From a virus: a DNA stretch of 64,000 bases. Shown here in pieces: positions 48,992-58,416 of the stretch. The notes under the pieces were generated by a model. It saw only the letters and a program-made list of their open reading frames with translations. It ran no database searches and was not told the DNA's origin. The translations under genes and the position numbers were made by a program. The DNA lies in the IMG/VR virus record IMGVR_UViG_3300048927_000157, positions 1-64,000 of that record; one strand, given 5' to 3'. The first letter of the stretch is position 1, and each line of letters starts with the position of its first letter.

Positions 48992-49292
48992 AGAAGAGAA
49001 TATGATTCTTAGAAAAGGTTTGAACGATACCTTAGAAAAATTGAATCAAGTTCATGATGAGTCTGTCAGAGCTATTGAAAAATTGAATCACAATGAAAGA
49101 GAGTATGATAAGTTCAATAAAATAAATAATATGTATGATGTTGATCTTAGCTATATGATGAGAACTGGAAGATTTGCTTGGGGAGAAAGAGGAAAACAAA
49201 TAGCAGGATTTTATGTAAGACCTGTAATCATGAACACATTAGACAAATTAAAAAAATTAAATGAAAGTACTAGTAATTCATCCACAGGATAG
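48969..49292 (+). CDS. hypothetical protein
   Basis: Co-directional ORF. Alternative start at 49002. Confidence 0.55.
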   Translation: MTPIQKLKEENMILRKGLNDTLEKLNQVHDESVRAIEKLNHNEREYDKFNKINNMYDVDLSYMMRTGRFAWGERGKQIAGFYVRPVIMNTLDKLKKLNESTSNSSTG

Positions 49293-49782
49293 CACAACAG
49301 ATTTCTTATGTCCTACTTACACAAAGGACTTCACAGTAATTAGAACTGAAATTGGAGATTCCTTGTTAAAAAGTTTAATTAGGCAACATGATGTCATCAT
49401 AATGATGGGTCACGGGGATACCAGAGGACTATATGGATTTGATAGACACATTGTAGATGCTTCCTTTGTTGATGAGTTAAGAAAGAAGATCTGTATTTGT
49501 ATCTGGTGCTATGCTGCTGACTTTGTTGAACATTATGATCTTAAATCTCCATTTTCAACTGGAATGTTTATTTCAGAATCAGAAGAAGCCGATGCTTTAG
49601 GAGAAGAGTATGATGAGGGAGACATAGAAGAGTCAAACTTTTGGTTTACAGAAGCTTTGAAAGGTTTTTTCTCAGACTTAGAAAAATACGATTACAAGAA
49701 ACTAAACCGATGCTACAACGTAGGATTAAACAGTATCACAGAATATAACAGAAAACAATTTATACAAACATGGCACACTTAA
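49261..49782 (+). CDS. hypothetical protein with His-Gly ... Cys pattern
   Basis: VIIMMGHGDTRGLY ... ICICIWCYAADF. Very tentatively caspase-fold-like. Confidence 0.55.
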   Translation: MKVLVIHPQDSTTDFLCPTYTKDFTVIRTEIGDSLLKSLIRQHDVIIMMGHGDTRGLYGFDRHIVDASFVDELRKKICICIWCYAADFVEHYDLKSPFSTGMFISESEEADALGEEYDEGDIEESNFWFTEALKGFFSDLEKYDYKKLNRCYNVGLNSITEYNRKQFIQTWHT

Positions 49783-50912
49783 AAGCACAGGATTTCGAGA
49801 CAGAGAAGGAAAACTTCAGAAAGATGATTCCTTGGATTGAAGAGTCAAGAAACGTTAAAATCCTTCTGGCATTCGTAAGAGGAAGCCATATGTATGGAAC
49901 CAACACGGAGCAGTCAGATGTAGACATTACTTTTGTTTATCAGCAGCCAACCAATGAGATCCTGAAAAACAATTACAAGAAAGATATGAGTATTGGGGGA
50001 GATGATGTAGTTGGGTTTGAGATCCAGAATTTCATGGAACTTCTGGTTAAGAACAACCCAAACATGATTGAGGCTCTTGATATTCCAGATGAGTGTATAA
50101 TCTACAAAAACCCAGTAATGCATGTATTTGATGATTCCAAGCCTTGGATCACAACACTTACTGAAAAAACCATTTTGGGTTATGCAGACTCTCAGATCAA
50201 GAAAGCAACAGGACTTAATAAGAAGATGAATAATCCTCAGCCAAAAGAGAGAAAATCAATTTTGGATTTCTGTTATGTTATCTCAGGTCATAATTCAATT
50301 CCACTCCTAAGATGGGCAGACCAGTTGAATATCAATTTGGATACTTGTGGATTAGTGGATCTTCCAGTAGGAAAAGGACTTCATGGTCTTTATGTAGACA
50401 ATGAAAATAAGTATCAGCTTAGAGGTCTGATTAAAGATGAGGATTCAGTTAACCTGAGACTTTCTTCTATCCCTAAAGAGCTGGCAACAAATTTTGAAGC
50501 TGTCACCATGTATTACAACTTAGATGGTTTCCAAGTTCATTGTAAGGATCATAAAGAGTACTGGGAATGGGAAGCTAAAAGAAATGAAGAAAGATTCAAT
50601 GCTAACCAAAAGGCAGGGCAAGGAGTTGATCTTAAAAATATGTCTCACCTATTCAGACTTCTTGATATGGCTGATAACATTTCCACAGGAAAAGGTCTTA
50701 AAGTGAAATCAGATAACGTGGAGTTCTTGAGAGCTATTAGAGCAGGAGAGTACAACTATGAAGATCTGATGAAACAGGCTGAGGAAAGGTTTCATACCAT
50801 CAAAGGAAATTACATCACAGTTGATCTTCCAGAAGAAGTGGATATCAGCAGGATGAAAGATCTTCTATTACAGTTTAGATTAAATACAGTAAACAGTGGA
50901 ACAAAGTTTTAA
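49770..50912 (+). CDS. RlaP-like nucleotidyltransferase (Pol-beta superfamily, RNA-repair associated)
   Basis: LLAFVRGSHMYGTNTEQSDVDITFVY fits the GS..YG......SD.D motif of the ligase-associated nucleotidyltransferase family. Confidence 0.6.
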   Translation: MAHLKAQDFETEKENFRKMIPWIEESRNVKILLAFVRGSHMYGTNTEQSDVDITFVYQQPTNEILKNNYKKDMSIGGDDVVGFEIQNFMELLVKNNPNMIEALDIPDECIIYKNPVMHVFDDSKPWITTLTEKTILGYADSQIKKATGLNKKMNNPQPKERKSILDFCYVISGHNSIPLLRWADQLNINLDTCGLVDLPVGKGLHGLYVDNENKYQLRGLIKDEDSVNLRLSSIPKELATNFEAVTMYYNLDGFQVHCKDHKEYWEWEAKRNEERFNANQKAGQGVDLKNMSHLFRLLDMADNISTGKGLKVKSDNVEFLRAIRAGEYNYEDLMKQAEERFHTIKGNYITVDLPEEVDISRMKDLLLQFRLNTVNSGTKF

Positions 50913-51186
50913 AATAGAAACAGTTTGGGGAGATAAGTTAATTCCCACCGTTAGAACAACAAACGGTAGGACAGATTATTCTCCTAAAGATTTAGAAGGT
51001 AAACTGGTCTATAACAAAAGTCAAGATGTTACAGGGATCTTCAGAGCAGCAGGAAGTCATACTTCCAGAGGTGGTCATGGAGAAGGAGACTGGACAACAA
51101 ATGACTATGTTATAGTAACAGGGAAATATGAACTCAAGTGGGTTCGAGATGGAAATATCTTAATCCTTAAAAACGGTAAAATTTAA
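50896..51186 (+). CDS. hypothetical protein
   Basis: Co-directional ORF. Confidence 0.55.
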   Translation: MEQSFKIETVWGDKLIPTVRTTNGRTDYSPKDLEGKLVYNKSQDVTGIFRAAGSHTSRGGHGEGDWTTNDYVIVTGKYELKWVRDGNILILKNGKI

Positions 51187-51190
51187 TGCA

Positions 51191-51967
51191 ATGAGTGCAA
51201 AATTAAAATCAGAATTACAAAAAGTAAAACAAAAAGAAAATGCTCCTATTGAGAGTGTTATGGACCAAGTAAAAACTCTACTTATCGGATATGATAATGA
51301 GTCTGAGAAGATTCTAAAGCAAGCTGGATTGTCAAGTAATCCTGTTGAGCCTAGGCTCACAGAAGACTACAAGAGAACCAAAGCAGTTGAAGAAAGATAC
51401 AAAGTAGAGTCTTATACTGGATCTCAGATTAAAGAGCTTTGTAATATGTATAACTTGAGAATGCTGCCAACTTCTTATTACAAGGGAACTGTTCCTGCTG
51501 ATACGGCTGACTACATCAAGGATTTCTGTGATAAAAACAACCTAGTGATTACCAACAGAGATATGTTTATCCTGGCTCCAGTAGAAATGTTTGAAACTAA
51601 ACAATTTTATGTGGATAGAGACCCCATTCTGTTTTATAGAACAGACAAGAGAAACTCTTACAATGATAAAGCTCAACTAGATGATGTTTTCTCTCAGGTT
51701 CACAATTGGGGAAATGATTTTCAAGAATCAAGAAAATTATGGTTCTTAGGGGATAGAGTTAACAGGGATTTTATGTCTAATAGAGCAAGATTCATACTAT
51801 TTATGGCTATGATAACTTTATTTTTAGTATCTATAGCTATTGGGTTTGGTCCTTTTATAGGAATTGCTGCATTTAGTTTATTAACAGCTACCCTGTTTTT
51901 TTCATTCACTAATATTTCTAACCTTAAAAATGACGAGCCGTGGAATACAGACGTAATATTCTCCTAA
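51191..51967 (+). CDS. hypothetical protein with C-terminal TM segments
   Basis: FILFMAMITLFLVSIAIGFGPFIGIAAFSLLTATLFF. Confidence 0.6.
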   Translation: MSAKLKSELQKVKQKENAPIESVMDQVKTLLIGYDNESEKILKQAGLSSNPVEPRLTEDYKRTKAVEERYKVESYTGSQIKELCNMYNLRMLPTSYYKGTVPADTADYIKDFCDKNNLVITNRDMFILAPVEMFETKQFYVDRDPILFYRTDKRNSYNDKAQLDDVFSQVHNWGNDFQESRKLWFLGDRVNRDFMSNRARFILFMAMITLFLVSIAIGFGPFIGIAAFSLLTATLFFSFTNISNLKNDEPWNTDVIFS

Positions 51968-51969
51968 AA

Positions 51970-52236
51970 ATGATTCTTCCTGTCCTGATTTTAATACCTA
52001 TTTTAATCTGGTTTAGACTAACTCCATCAAGTTATGAACAAATGGTTACTGTCAGAGAAGTTGTACCTCAGGAGAAGCTAATCAAAAACAACAAAGAAAT
52101 TGACATCAACAAAGAGTATTATACTGAGGAAATGATGCTGGTTAAAAAAGAAAGAACTTGGATTCCTTTCTATACCAGAACAGTAGATACAATTCAAACA
52201 ACAGGTAAAAAGGGCTGGAGCAGACCAAGAGAATGA
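51970..52236 (+). CDS. small membrane-anchored protein
   Basis: Track ORF trimmed to MILPVLILIPILIWF... Confidence 0.5.
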   Translation: MILPVLILIPILIWFRLTPSSYEQMVTVREVVPQEKLIKNNKEIDINKEYYTEEMMLVKKERTWIPFYTRTVDTIQTTGKKGWSRPRE

Positions 52237-52439
52237 TAAAAATAATCACATTTTGTATAGGAGTGGATGTCCTAGGATTTCCACTCTTTCATCAGCACAG
52301 GTTAAAGTTTAGAACTGAAAGTAAATATATCATAGGTTATGATAAAATTTCAGGAACTGGTGACAGTATAGGTGCTTTTTATAATACTCAAACAGGGGAA
52401 AGAGGAATAATTCAAAGAAAACATTTAGATAAAGAATAA
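52233..52439 (+). CDS. hypothetical protein
   Basis: ATGA overlap. Confidence 0.5.
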   Translation: MIKIITFCIGVDVLGFPLFHQHRLKFRTESKYIIGYDKISGTGDSIGAFYNTQTGERGIIQRKHLDKE

Positions 52440-52465
52440 ATTTAACAAAGTTTTAACTAAAAAGA

Positions 52466-52499
52466 TTTGCATATGTCAATTATTTTTCCTACCTTTGCA
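52466..52499 (+). promoter_or_regulatory. phage consensus promoter
   Basis: TTTGCATATGTCAATTATTTTTCCTACCTTTGCA, with upstream TTTAACAAAGTTTTAAC. Confidence 0.7.
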
Positions 52500-52533
52500 A
52501 TCTAATTAATCAACTAACTAAAACATCAAGCCT

Positions 52534-53460
52534 ATGAGTTTAATCACCGTTTTAATCGGTATATCTGGAGCAGGAAAAACAACATTTTCAACTCCTTTAC
52601 TAAAAGATAAAAATACTATCAGAGTAAACAGGGATGATGCCAGAACCATGTTATTTGGAGTAAGTCAATCAGATCAGACTTATTACAACAGAAAAGACAT
52701 TAGAGCATGTGAGGATCTGGTTTCAGAAACCATTGAAGACACAGTTTATAATGCCTTGAATAAAGGAAAAAACATTGTTTTCGATAACACTCATCTTCAA
52801 AAGAAGTATATTGATGAGATTTTATTCAAGTATAATCACTTGGCTGACATTGAGTTAGTATTTTGTGATGTTCCTTTGAAGGAAGCTCAAGATAGAGTTG
52901 TTAAAAGAAACTCATTGGCTTCAGTCCCTGTATACATTGAGAAACACTACAATGACTACATCAAGCTTAAAAAAGCAATGCATGGTCAGCAGTTATTCTA
53001 CCCTCAAACAGCTCCCCAAGTTAAATTCAATTCTTCTCTTCCAGACACTTACATAGTGGATATTGATGGAACGGTTGCTTTGAAAGGAGATAGAGATATC
53101 TTTGATGACTCTAAGCTTCACTTGGATACTGAAATTAAAGAGGTTGGGCACATTATTAGAGCACTCCATAAAGATGGTTTCAAGATAGTGTTTGTATCGG
53201 GAAGACAAGATTCCTGCAAAGATACTACCACTCAATGGTTAAAGGATAAAAACCTCTGGATGACAGATTCTGAAATCTTCATGAGGAAAGCCAAAGACCA
53301 AAGAAATGACAGTATTGTCAAAGAAGAAATAGTATTAAGAGACTTGCTACCAAGATTCAACGTTGTTGGAGTATTGGATGACAGAATAGGGGTGACTAGA
53401 AACTTCCACAAGTTGGGAATGTTCGTCCTGAATGTAAATCAAGGTTTCGTAAAATTTTAA
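52534..53460 (+). CDS. polynucleotide 5'-kinase / 3'-phosphatase (Pnkp, T4 Pnk-like)
   Basis: N-terminal P-loop LIGISGAGKTTF. C-terminal HAD phosphatase motifs IVDIDGTVA, VSGR and LDDR. Confidence 0.85.
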   Translation: MSLITVLIGISGAGKTTFSTPLLKDKNTIRVNRDDARTMLFGVSQSDQTYYNRKDIRACEDLVSETIEDTVYNALNKGKNIVFDNTHLQKKYIDEILFKYNHLADIELVFCDVPLKEAQDRVVKRNSLASVPVYIEKHYNDYIKLKKAMHGQQLFYPQTAPQVKFNSSLPDTYIVDIDGTVALKGDRDIFDDSKLHLDTEIKEVGHIIRALHKDGFKIVFVSGRQDSCKDTTTQWLKDKNLWMTDSEIFMRKAKDQRNDSIVKEEIVLRDLLPRFNVVGVLDDRIGVTRNFHKLGMFVLNVNQGFVKF

Positions 53461-53474
53461 AAGTAATTATTATA

Positions 53475-54329
53475 ATGAGTATCAAATTTTTTGAAAAAGC
53501 ATTAGCTTCATTTAAGAAAGCTAATTTATTAAGAAGAGACAAATTAGCTAAGGAAGCTGGGTATGCAAATGCAGATCTTTATAAGGCTTTCTTAGAGGGC
53601 ATGATTGGATCACCATCACAAACCATTTCTGATGCTAAAGTAGATGCAACACCAAAACCAGCCAAAGTTAAAAAAGAAAAAGTGGTAAAGGTAAAACCAA
53701 GGATCGTTATGATTGACATCTTAGATGTTAGTACTTCAATGAGAGATGGTGATAAAATTGGAAAAGCTGTATCTGGAATTAAAGAAGCATTAGTAGCCTT
53801 AAAAGGCAGCAAAGAACCAGTAGATTATTTCTATGGAATTACAACTTTCAGTTACCCTCAATACATTGATGTAGCTAGAATTGAGAAATTATCTAGCAGT
53901 ACAGCAGTTCCAAAGTTTGAAATGAGAGGTGCAACAGCCCTTTACGATGCTATTGGAAAAACTCTCAACATGTTAACTGACATGAAAAGATCTGCTGACT
54001 TCAAGGATGCTAAAGTTCTGGTAAACATCTACACGGATGGAGAAGAAAATTCTTCTAAAGCATTCAGAAGTGCAACCATCAAAAGTATGATTTCTGAGTT
54101 GGAAAAAGATGGATTTACCATCACTTTCGTAGGAACTCATGAGGATGTAAAAGAGATTCAAAAAGACATCAACATCCATGCTTCAAACACATTAGGATAT
54201 GATGGTACAGCAAAAGGTTTACAGACAGCTATGTCAGTAACATTAGACTCTAGGTTTGCCTACGTTTCAAATGTAGTTCAAGGAAAAGAGGTAACAAGAG
54301 GATTTTACAAAACAGTTAACAAAAAGTAA
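53475..54329 (+). CDS. vWA-domain protein
   Basis: MIDAS DILDVSTSM...; ...YTDGEENSS. Confidence 0.7.
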   Translation: MSIKFFEKALASFKKANLLRRDKLAKEAGYANADLYKAFLEGMIGSPSQTISDAKVDATPKPAKVKKEKVVKVKPRIVMIDILDVSTSMRDGDKIGKAVSGIKEALVALKGSKEPVDYFYGITTFSYPQYIDVARIEKLSSSTAVPKFEMRGATALYDAIGKTLNMLTDMKRSADFKDAKVLVNIYTDGEENSSKAFRSATIKSMISELEKDGFTITFVGTHEDVKEIQKDINIHASNTLGYDGTAKGLQTAMSVTLDSRFAYVSNVVQGKEVTRGFYKTVNKK

Positions 54330-54339
54330 TATTACAGCA

Positions 54340-54927
54340 ATGAGTAAACAAACATTCAAAAAAGGAGACATTTTATCAGAAACAGCTTATTATGTTGTTG
54401 AAAAATCTGATGGTAAAGGAGGAGTTATCGTAAATGATGACATGGGTAACGAGATTACCTTGAGTAAAGATTATGTGGATAGTGATATCCTAGTTTCAGG
54501 AGACTACTTTGCTTCTCAAGAAGACAAGACTGCCACTGAATTAGCCGAGCTTTTCTTGGCAAATCCTTACAGAGTTCTGACAGTGTGTTTCATCCCACAA
54601 GGAAAAGAAAAAGGTAAAACTGCCTTAGCAAAAGAAAGAGCAGCATGGGCTGAGGAAGTTGGAAAAGCTTTCATGGCTAAAGGTGCAAGTGCAATCGAGG
54701 AGTATGCTTCAAAGCCAGTTGAACTGAGAGAGAAGACAGATCCAAGAGTCATGAGAGGAAGATGGCACGGAGCTCAGGATAACTTTGGTAGAGTAAACTT
54801 CGTTGATATGGAGAAACCTCTTCCAGCTCCAGGAGCTACTTATGACAGTAGACTAAGACAGGTTGATACAAGAACGATCCAGTATCTAATTGTAGACAAC
54901 GTGAAGTACAACTTGAAAAAGAAGTAA
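54340..54927 (+). CDS. hypothetical protein
   Basis: Co-directional ORF. Confidence 0.6.
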   Translation: MSKQTFKKGDILSETAYYVVEKSDGKGGVIVNDDMGNEITLSKDYVDSDILVSGDYFASQEDKTATELAELFLANPYRVLTVCFIPQGKEKGKTALAKERAAWAEEVGKAFMAKGASAIEEYASKPVELREKTDPRVMRGRWHGAQDNFGRVNFVDMEKPLPAPGATYDSRLRQVDTRTIQYLIVDNVKYNLKKK

Positions 54928-54928
54928 G

Positions 54929-55222
54929 ATGCAGAAACTCATTAGAATTTTAGATCATAATCCACATGATGCTGATGAGTTGAATGAATACCTTTCAACT
55001 GGGTGGGAAGTAGTAAACTTTATTACTTTCCCCCACGGTACTCATTTTTTAATTCAAGAAAAGGATGATTCTAACGTAACCTTAAAACTCTTGATGGGTA
55101 ATAAAGGTTTGAATTACAAAGGAAACATTGAAGTTGAGCATCCACAAATTCCAGAAGGCAGTTTAATAATCACAGATCTGGACAAAAGAATAACAACCTG
55201 CTACTCAGTAGGTAAAAAATAA
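54929..55222 (+). CDS. hypothetical protein
   Basis: Co-directional ORF. Confidence 0.55.
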   Translation: MQKLIRILDHNPHDADELNEYLSTGWEVVNFITFPHGTHFLIQEKDDSNVTLKLLMGNKGLNYKGNIEVEHPQIPEGSLIITDLDKRITTCYSVGKK

Positions 55223-55273
55223 AAGAACAATTCAAATTTAAACAAAACAATTTTTTAAAACATTTTAATTATT

Positions 55274-55909
55274 ATGGCAAATCCTAAAGCAACAACAGCA
55301 AGAAAAACAAACGTAGCAACAGAAACAGTAATCGGAGCATCGGCTCAGGCTCTATCTAAGGCAGTGTCTGAATTCAAGTCAGCAATCTCTCATGTAGATG
55401 GGTTAGAAGACAGAGCAGCAGAGCTTTCTCTTCAAGTAGCAAACAAAACTGCTGAAGTAGAAGGGTTGGATACAATCTACTCTGAGAAATTAAGACAAAA
55501 AGAAGTTGAATTTGGATTGCAGTTCAAAGAAAATTCGGAAAAAGTAGTAAACGATCATCTGGCAACAAGTGGTAAGATAGCTATCTCAAAGGCTGACTTC
55601 CAAGCTCTTCAAAGTGACCTAGAAGCTGCTAGAGCAAACACTAAGAAAGAAGTAGATGCTGCTACAGCTATCGTAGGAAACACGTTGAAGTCTCAGTATG
55701 AAGCAGCAGCTAAATTAGCTGAAGCCAACCACAAGACTGATACAATTGAGAGCAAGTCTCAAATTGCTTCTCTAACTGAGAAAAATGAGTTCTTGGAAAA
55801 ACAGAACAACCAGTTAATTGAACAGTTAAATGCTGAAAGACAGGCTTCTATCGAAAGAGCAAAAGCTGGTGCAATCGGTACTATTAGTGTTAACGGTGCT
55901 GCAAAGTAA
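55274..55909 (+). CDS. Ala-rich coiled-coil protein
   Basis: Heptad-like, low-complexity A/E/K/Q sequence. A terminator follows. Confidence 0.6.
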   Translation: MANPKATTARKTNVATETVIGASAQALSKAVSEFKSAISHVDGLEDRAAELSLQVANKTAEVEGLDTIYSEKLRQKEVEFGLQFKENSEKVVNDHLATSGKIAISKADFQALQSDLEAARANTKKEVDAATAIVGNTLKSQYEAAAKLAEANHKTDTIESKSQIASLTEKNEFLEKQNNQLIEQLNAERQASIERAKAGAIGTISVNGAAK

Positions 55910-55930
55910 TCGTACACTCTCTAAACAATT

Positions 55931-55958
55931 ATCCCTTGCTTCGGTGAGGGATTTTTTG
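55931..55958 (+). terminator. rho-independent terminator
   Basis: ATCCCT-TGCTTCGGTG-AGGGAT followed by TTTTTGTTT. Confidence 0.75.
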
Positions 55959-55987
55959 TTTATAAAGGTAAAATTAATTCAAATAAA

Positions 55988-56021
55988 TTTGGTGGTCTGG
56001 ATATTTTTTCGTATCTTTGCC
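55988..56021 (+). promoter_or_regulatory. phage promoter variant (TTTGGTGGT type)
   Basis: TTTGGTGGTCTGGATATTTTTTCGTATCTTTGCC. Confidence 0.6.
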
Positions 56022-56037
56022 TTCTAACAGTAACGAG

Positions 56038-56676
56038 ATGAGAAAATTATTATTAAAGCTTCAAGGGTATGTTCAGATTGACGAGGTGAATGCTGAGTGG
56101 GAGATCTTACAATACAACCTAGATGGAGAAGCTGTGAGTGATGTAGACTACTCTAAATACTATATATTTTACAACCCAAGAAAAGATCATTACGACATGA
56201 TTGTAGGAGGATTCAGACCTTTCAAGAATCTTATGCATACAGAACTTAGATCAATTCTGAATTTCATCAATACAAAGCCAGCAGCCAGTAAGATTAAATT
56301 CTGGGAAAATAGCCAAGACTACTTCATTCAAAAGGCAAACCTTGAGAAGATGATTCAAGAATCTTATGAAGTGGACATGGAATCTAAACAACCCGAACAA
56401 AAGGAACCTGAGCAGAATAACACTGACATGATGAACAGAGTAAGGGTGGTTAGGGCAGATCTCACCAACTACAAGGATAACTTAGATAAAATGAGGTCCA
56501 AAGATCAGAGATTAATTAATACTATGCAGGAGTACAAGAAAAATGTACTTCAAAAAAATCCAACAGTTGATATCTGGGAAGATTACGGAAACGTGATTAT
56601 CACTTCAGAAGGATGCTACTTTTCAACTTACCACAAATATTTAGATTTTAATGGGGACAACAACGAAAAAGAATAA
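56038..56676 (+). CDS. hypothetical protein
   Basis: Track ORF trimmed to MRKLLLKLQGYV... Confidence 0.6.
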   Translation: MRKLLLKLQGYVQIDEVNAEWEILQYNLDGEAVSDVDYSKYYIFYNPRKDHYDMIVGGFRPFKNLMHTELRSILNFINTKPAASKIKFWENSQDYFIQKANLEKMIQESYEVDMESKQPEQKEPEQNNTDMMNRVRVVRADLTNYKDNLDKMRSKDQRLINTMQEYKKNVLQKNPTVDIWEDYGNVIITSEGCYFSTYHKYLDFNGDNNEKE

Positions 56677-57613
56677 CAGTTTTGTTTTAACACAAAAGGA
56701 TGAGAAATCAGAGTTTACTTTGATAGAAGAACCTTTAAAAGAACTACCAAAAAAGATATACGGAGAAATTGATAAAAAGGCTACCAAAATTCTGACAACT
56801 TTCAAAGATAGACCAACTAACCTGGGAGTTCTTTGTTCAGGTCTTAAAGGTAACGGAAAAACCCTTGTGTGCCTTATGACATGTAGAATGGCAATGGAGC
56901 AGGGAACCAGAATTGTAATGATAACAGAAGCCTTCACAGGAGATAAGTTCAAAAACTTTGTCAATACCTCAGAGAATACTCTTTTCTTTATTGATGAGTT
57001 TGAGAAGATTTATAACACTCAGGAACTGCAAGATGAATTCTTAACGATCCTAGATGGAGCCTCTGGAGGAAAAAAACTTTTTCTCTTCACTTCTAATAGT
57101 GGAAAGATCAGTCAATATCTGAAGAATAGACCAAACAGGATTTTCTATCACCTAGAATATGAGAATCTAGCTGAATCTACAGTAGATGACATCATAGATA
57201 AGGAGTTAAAAGAAAAGCAGTTTGAGCAGGATTTAAGAGAACTTCTTATTATCCTTGGGACAGTTTCTTTTGATGTACTCCTTAATTTGATAGATGAAAT
57301 CAATAGGTACAAAGAGTCTCCTAAAAAATTAATTCAGGATTTGAATATCCAAGTCGAGCAGACTAACTTCGATGTAACAATGTTCCTTAACGGAAAAAGG
57401 TATAAAACTCAGATTGAGTATAATCCTCTTACTGTTCAAAGGTTTGACATTGACTATAAGAAGCCAGGAAAAGAAGGTTGGGAAGCTTGGGGATACTTCA
57501 ATGATGCCGTTTCCAATTATGAAATGTACACTGACAGGGGTGCTTTCATCTTTGAGAATGGAACCAACAAACTGGTCTTTAGACCATATAAACCATTTAA
57601 ATTTCAATTATGA
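56651..57613 (+). CDS. AAA+ ATPase
   Basis: Walker A GLKGNGKTLV, Walker B LFFIDEFE. Confidence 0.75.
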   Translation: MGTTTKKNNSFVLTQKDEKSEFTLIEEPLKELPKKIYGEIDKKATKILTTFKDRPTNLGVLCSGLKGNGKTLVCLMTCRMAMEQGTRIVMITEAFTGDKFKNFVNTSENTLFFIDEFEKIYNTQELQDEFLTILDGASGGKKLFLFTSNSGKISQYLKNRPNRIFYHLEYENLAESTVDDIIDKELKEKQFEQDLRELLIILGTVSFDVLLNLIDEINRYKESPKKLIQDLNIQVEQTNFDVTMFLNGKRYKTQIEYNPLTVQRFDIDYKKPGKEGWEAWGYFNDAVSNYEMYTDRGAFIFENGTNKLVFRPYKPFKFQL

Positions 57614-57861
57614 GTAAAACAGAGTATTTAGCAACCGTATTAAAGTTGGCAGGATTTAGTAATATCAAAATAGATATGGAAAGAGGTGATGGAGTTTCTT
57701 ATTCAGGAGAGGGACATAGAATCCATCCAGACGGTGAAAGAGAAGTTGTATCTTTTCATGGAACTAATTTTCCTACAGCTTTGGCTAGTTTACTAGCAAT
57801 TTTGTATGATACAGATAATATTGATTTTGAAACAAATGCTGCTCTTATATTTGGAGATTAA
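57610..57861 (+). CDS. hypothetical protein
   Basis: ATGA overlap. Confidence 0.5.
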   Translation: MSKTEYLATVLKLAGFSNIKIDMERGDGVSYSGEGHRIHPDGEREVVSFHGTNFPTALASLLAILYDTDNIDFETNAALIFGD

Positions 57862-57863
57862 TT

Positions 57864-58394
57864 ATGATAAGAAAATTGCCAATCAAAACCAAAAAGAAAA
57901 AGTGTGTGATCTGTGGGGAAGAGACAATCATCTGGAGTAAACACAGATGTAAGGCTTGCACCATGAAACAGGATGCTAAACCTCTCACCAGATCCACTAC
58001 AACAACTATTAAAAAGACTCCTAAACCTAAAAACAAACAGTTGGAAACATATTTTGAGAAGCACATTGAGGAATTATATAAATTTAAAGTAAGTGAGGAA
58101 TCGGGACAGAGAATTCCTTATCCAACAAAAGTCAACATCTGTCATCTTTTCCCAAAGAGAAATCATAAGTCAGTTGAATCTCACGATCAAAACTGTATCT
58201 ATCTAACTTGGGATGAACATACTAAATTGGACTCTACTTATCTTGATAAGCACAACTTTGCTGGATTGAAAGAAGGATTCCCCAACTCATGGAAGCTAAT
58301 AATTAGAAGAATGAGGATTGTGAGATTAGGTATTACAGAAAAGACCAATTTCGTAGAATCTTTTGATAAGTTTAATGAAACTTTAGACTTTTAA
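57864..58394 (+). CDS. zinc-finger protein, possibly NinG/Rap-like endonuclease
   Basis: CVICGEE...HRCKAC at the N-terminus and ICHLFPKRNHKSVESHDQNCIYLTWDEH at the C-terminus. Weak family assignment. Confidence 0.45.
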   Translation: MIRKLPIKTKKKKCVICGEETIIWSKHRCKACTMKQDAKPLTRSTTTTIKKTPKPKNKQLETYFEKHIEELYKFKVSEESGQRIPYPTKVNICHLFPKRNHKSVESHDQNCIYLTWDEHTKLDSTYLDKHNFAGLKEGFPNSWKLIIRRMRIVRLGITEKTNFVESFDKFNETLDF

Positions 58395-58416
58395 CAAAAT
58401 TTTAACACAAAGAAAC

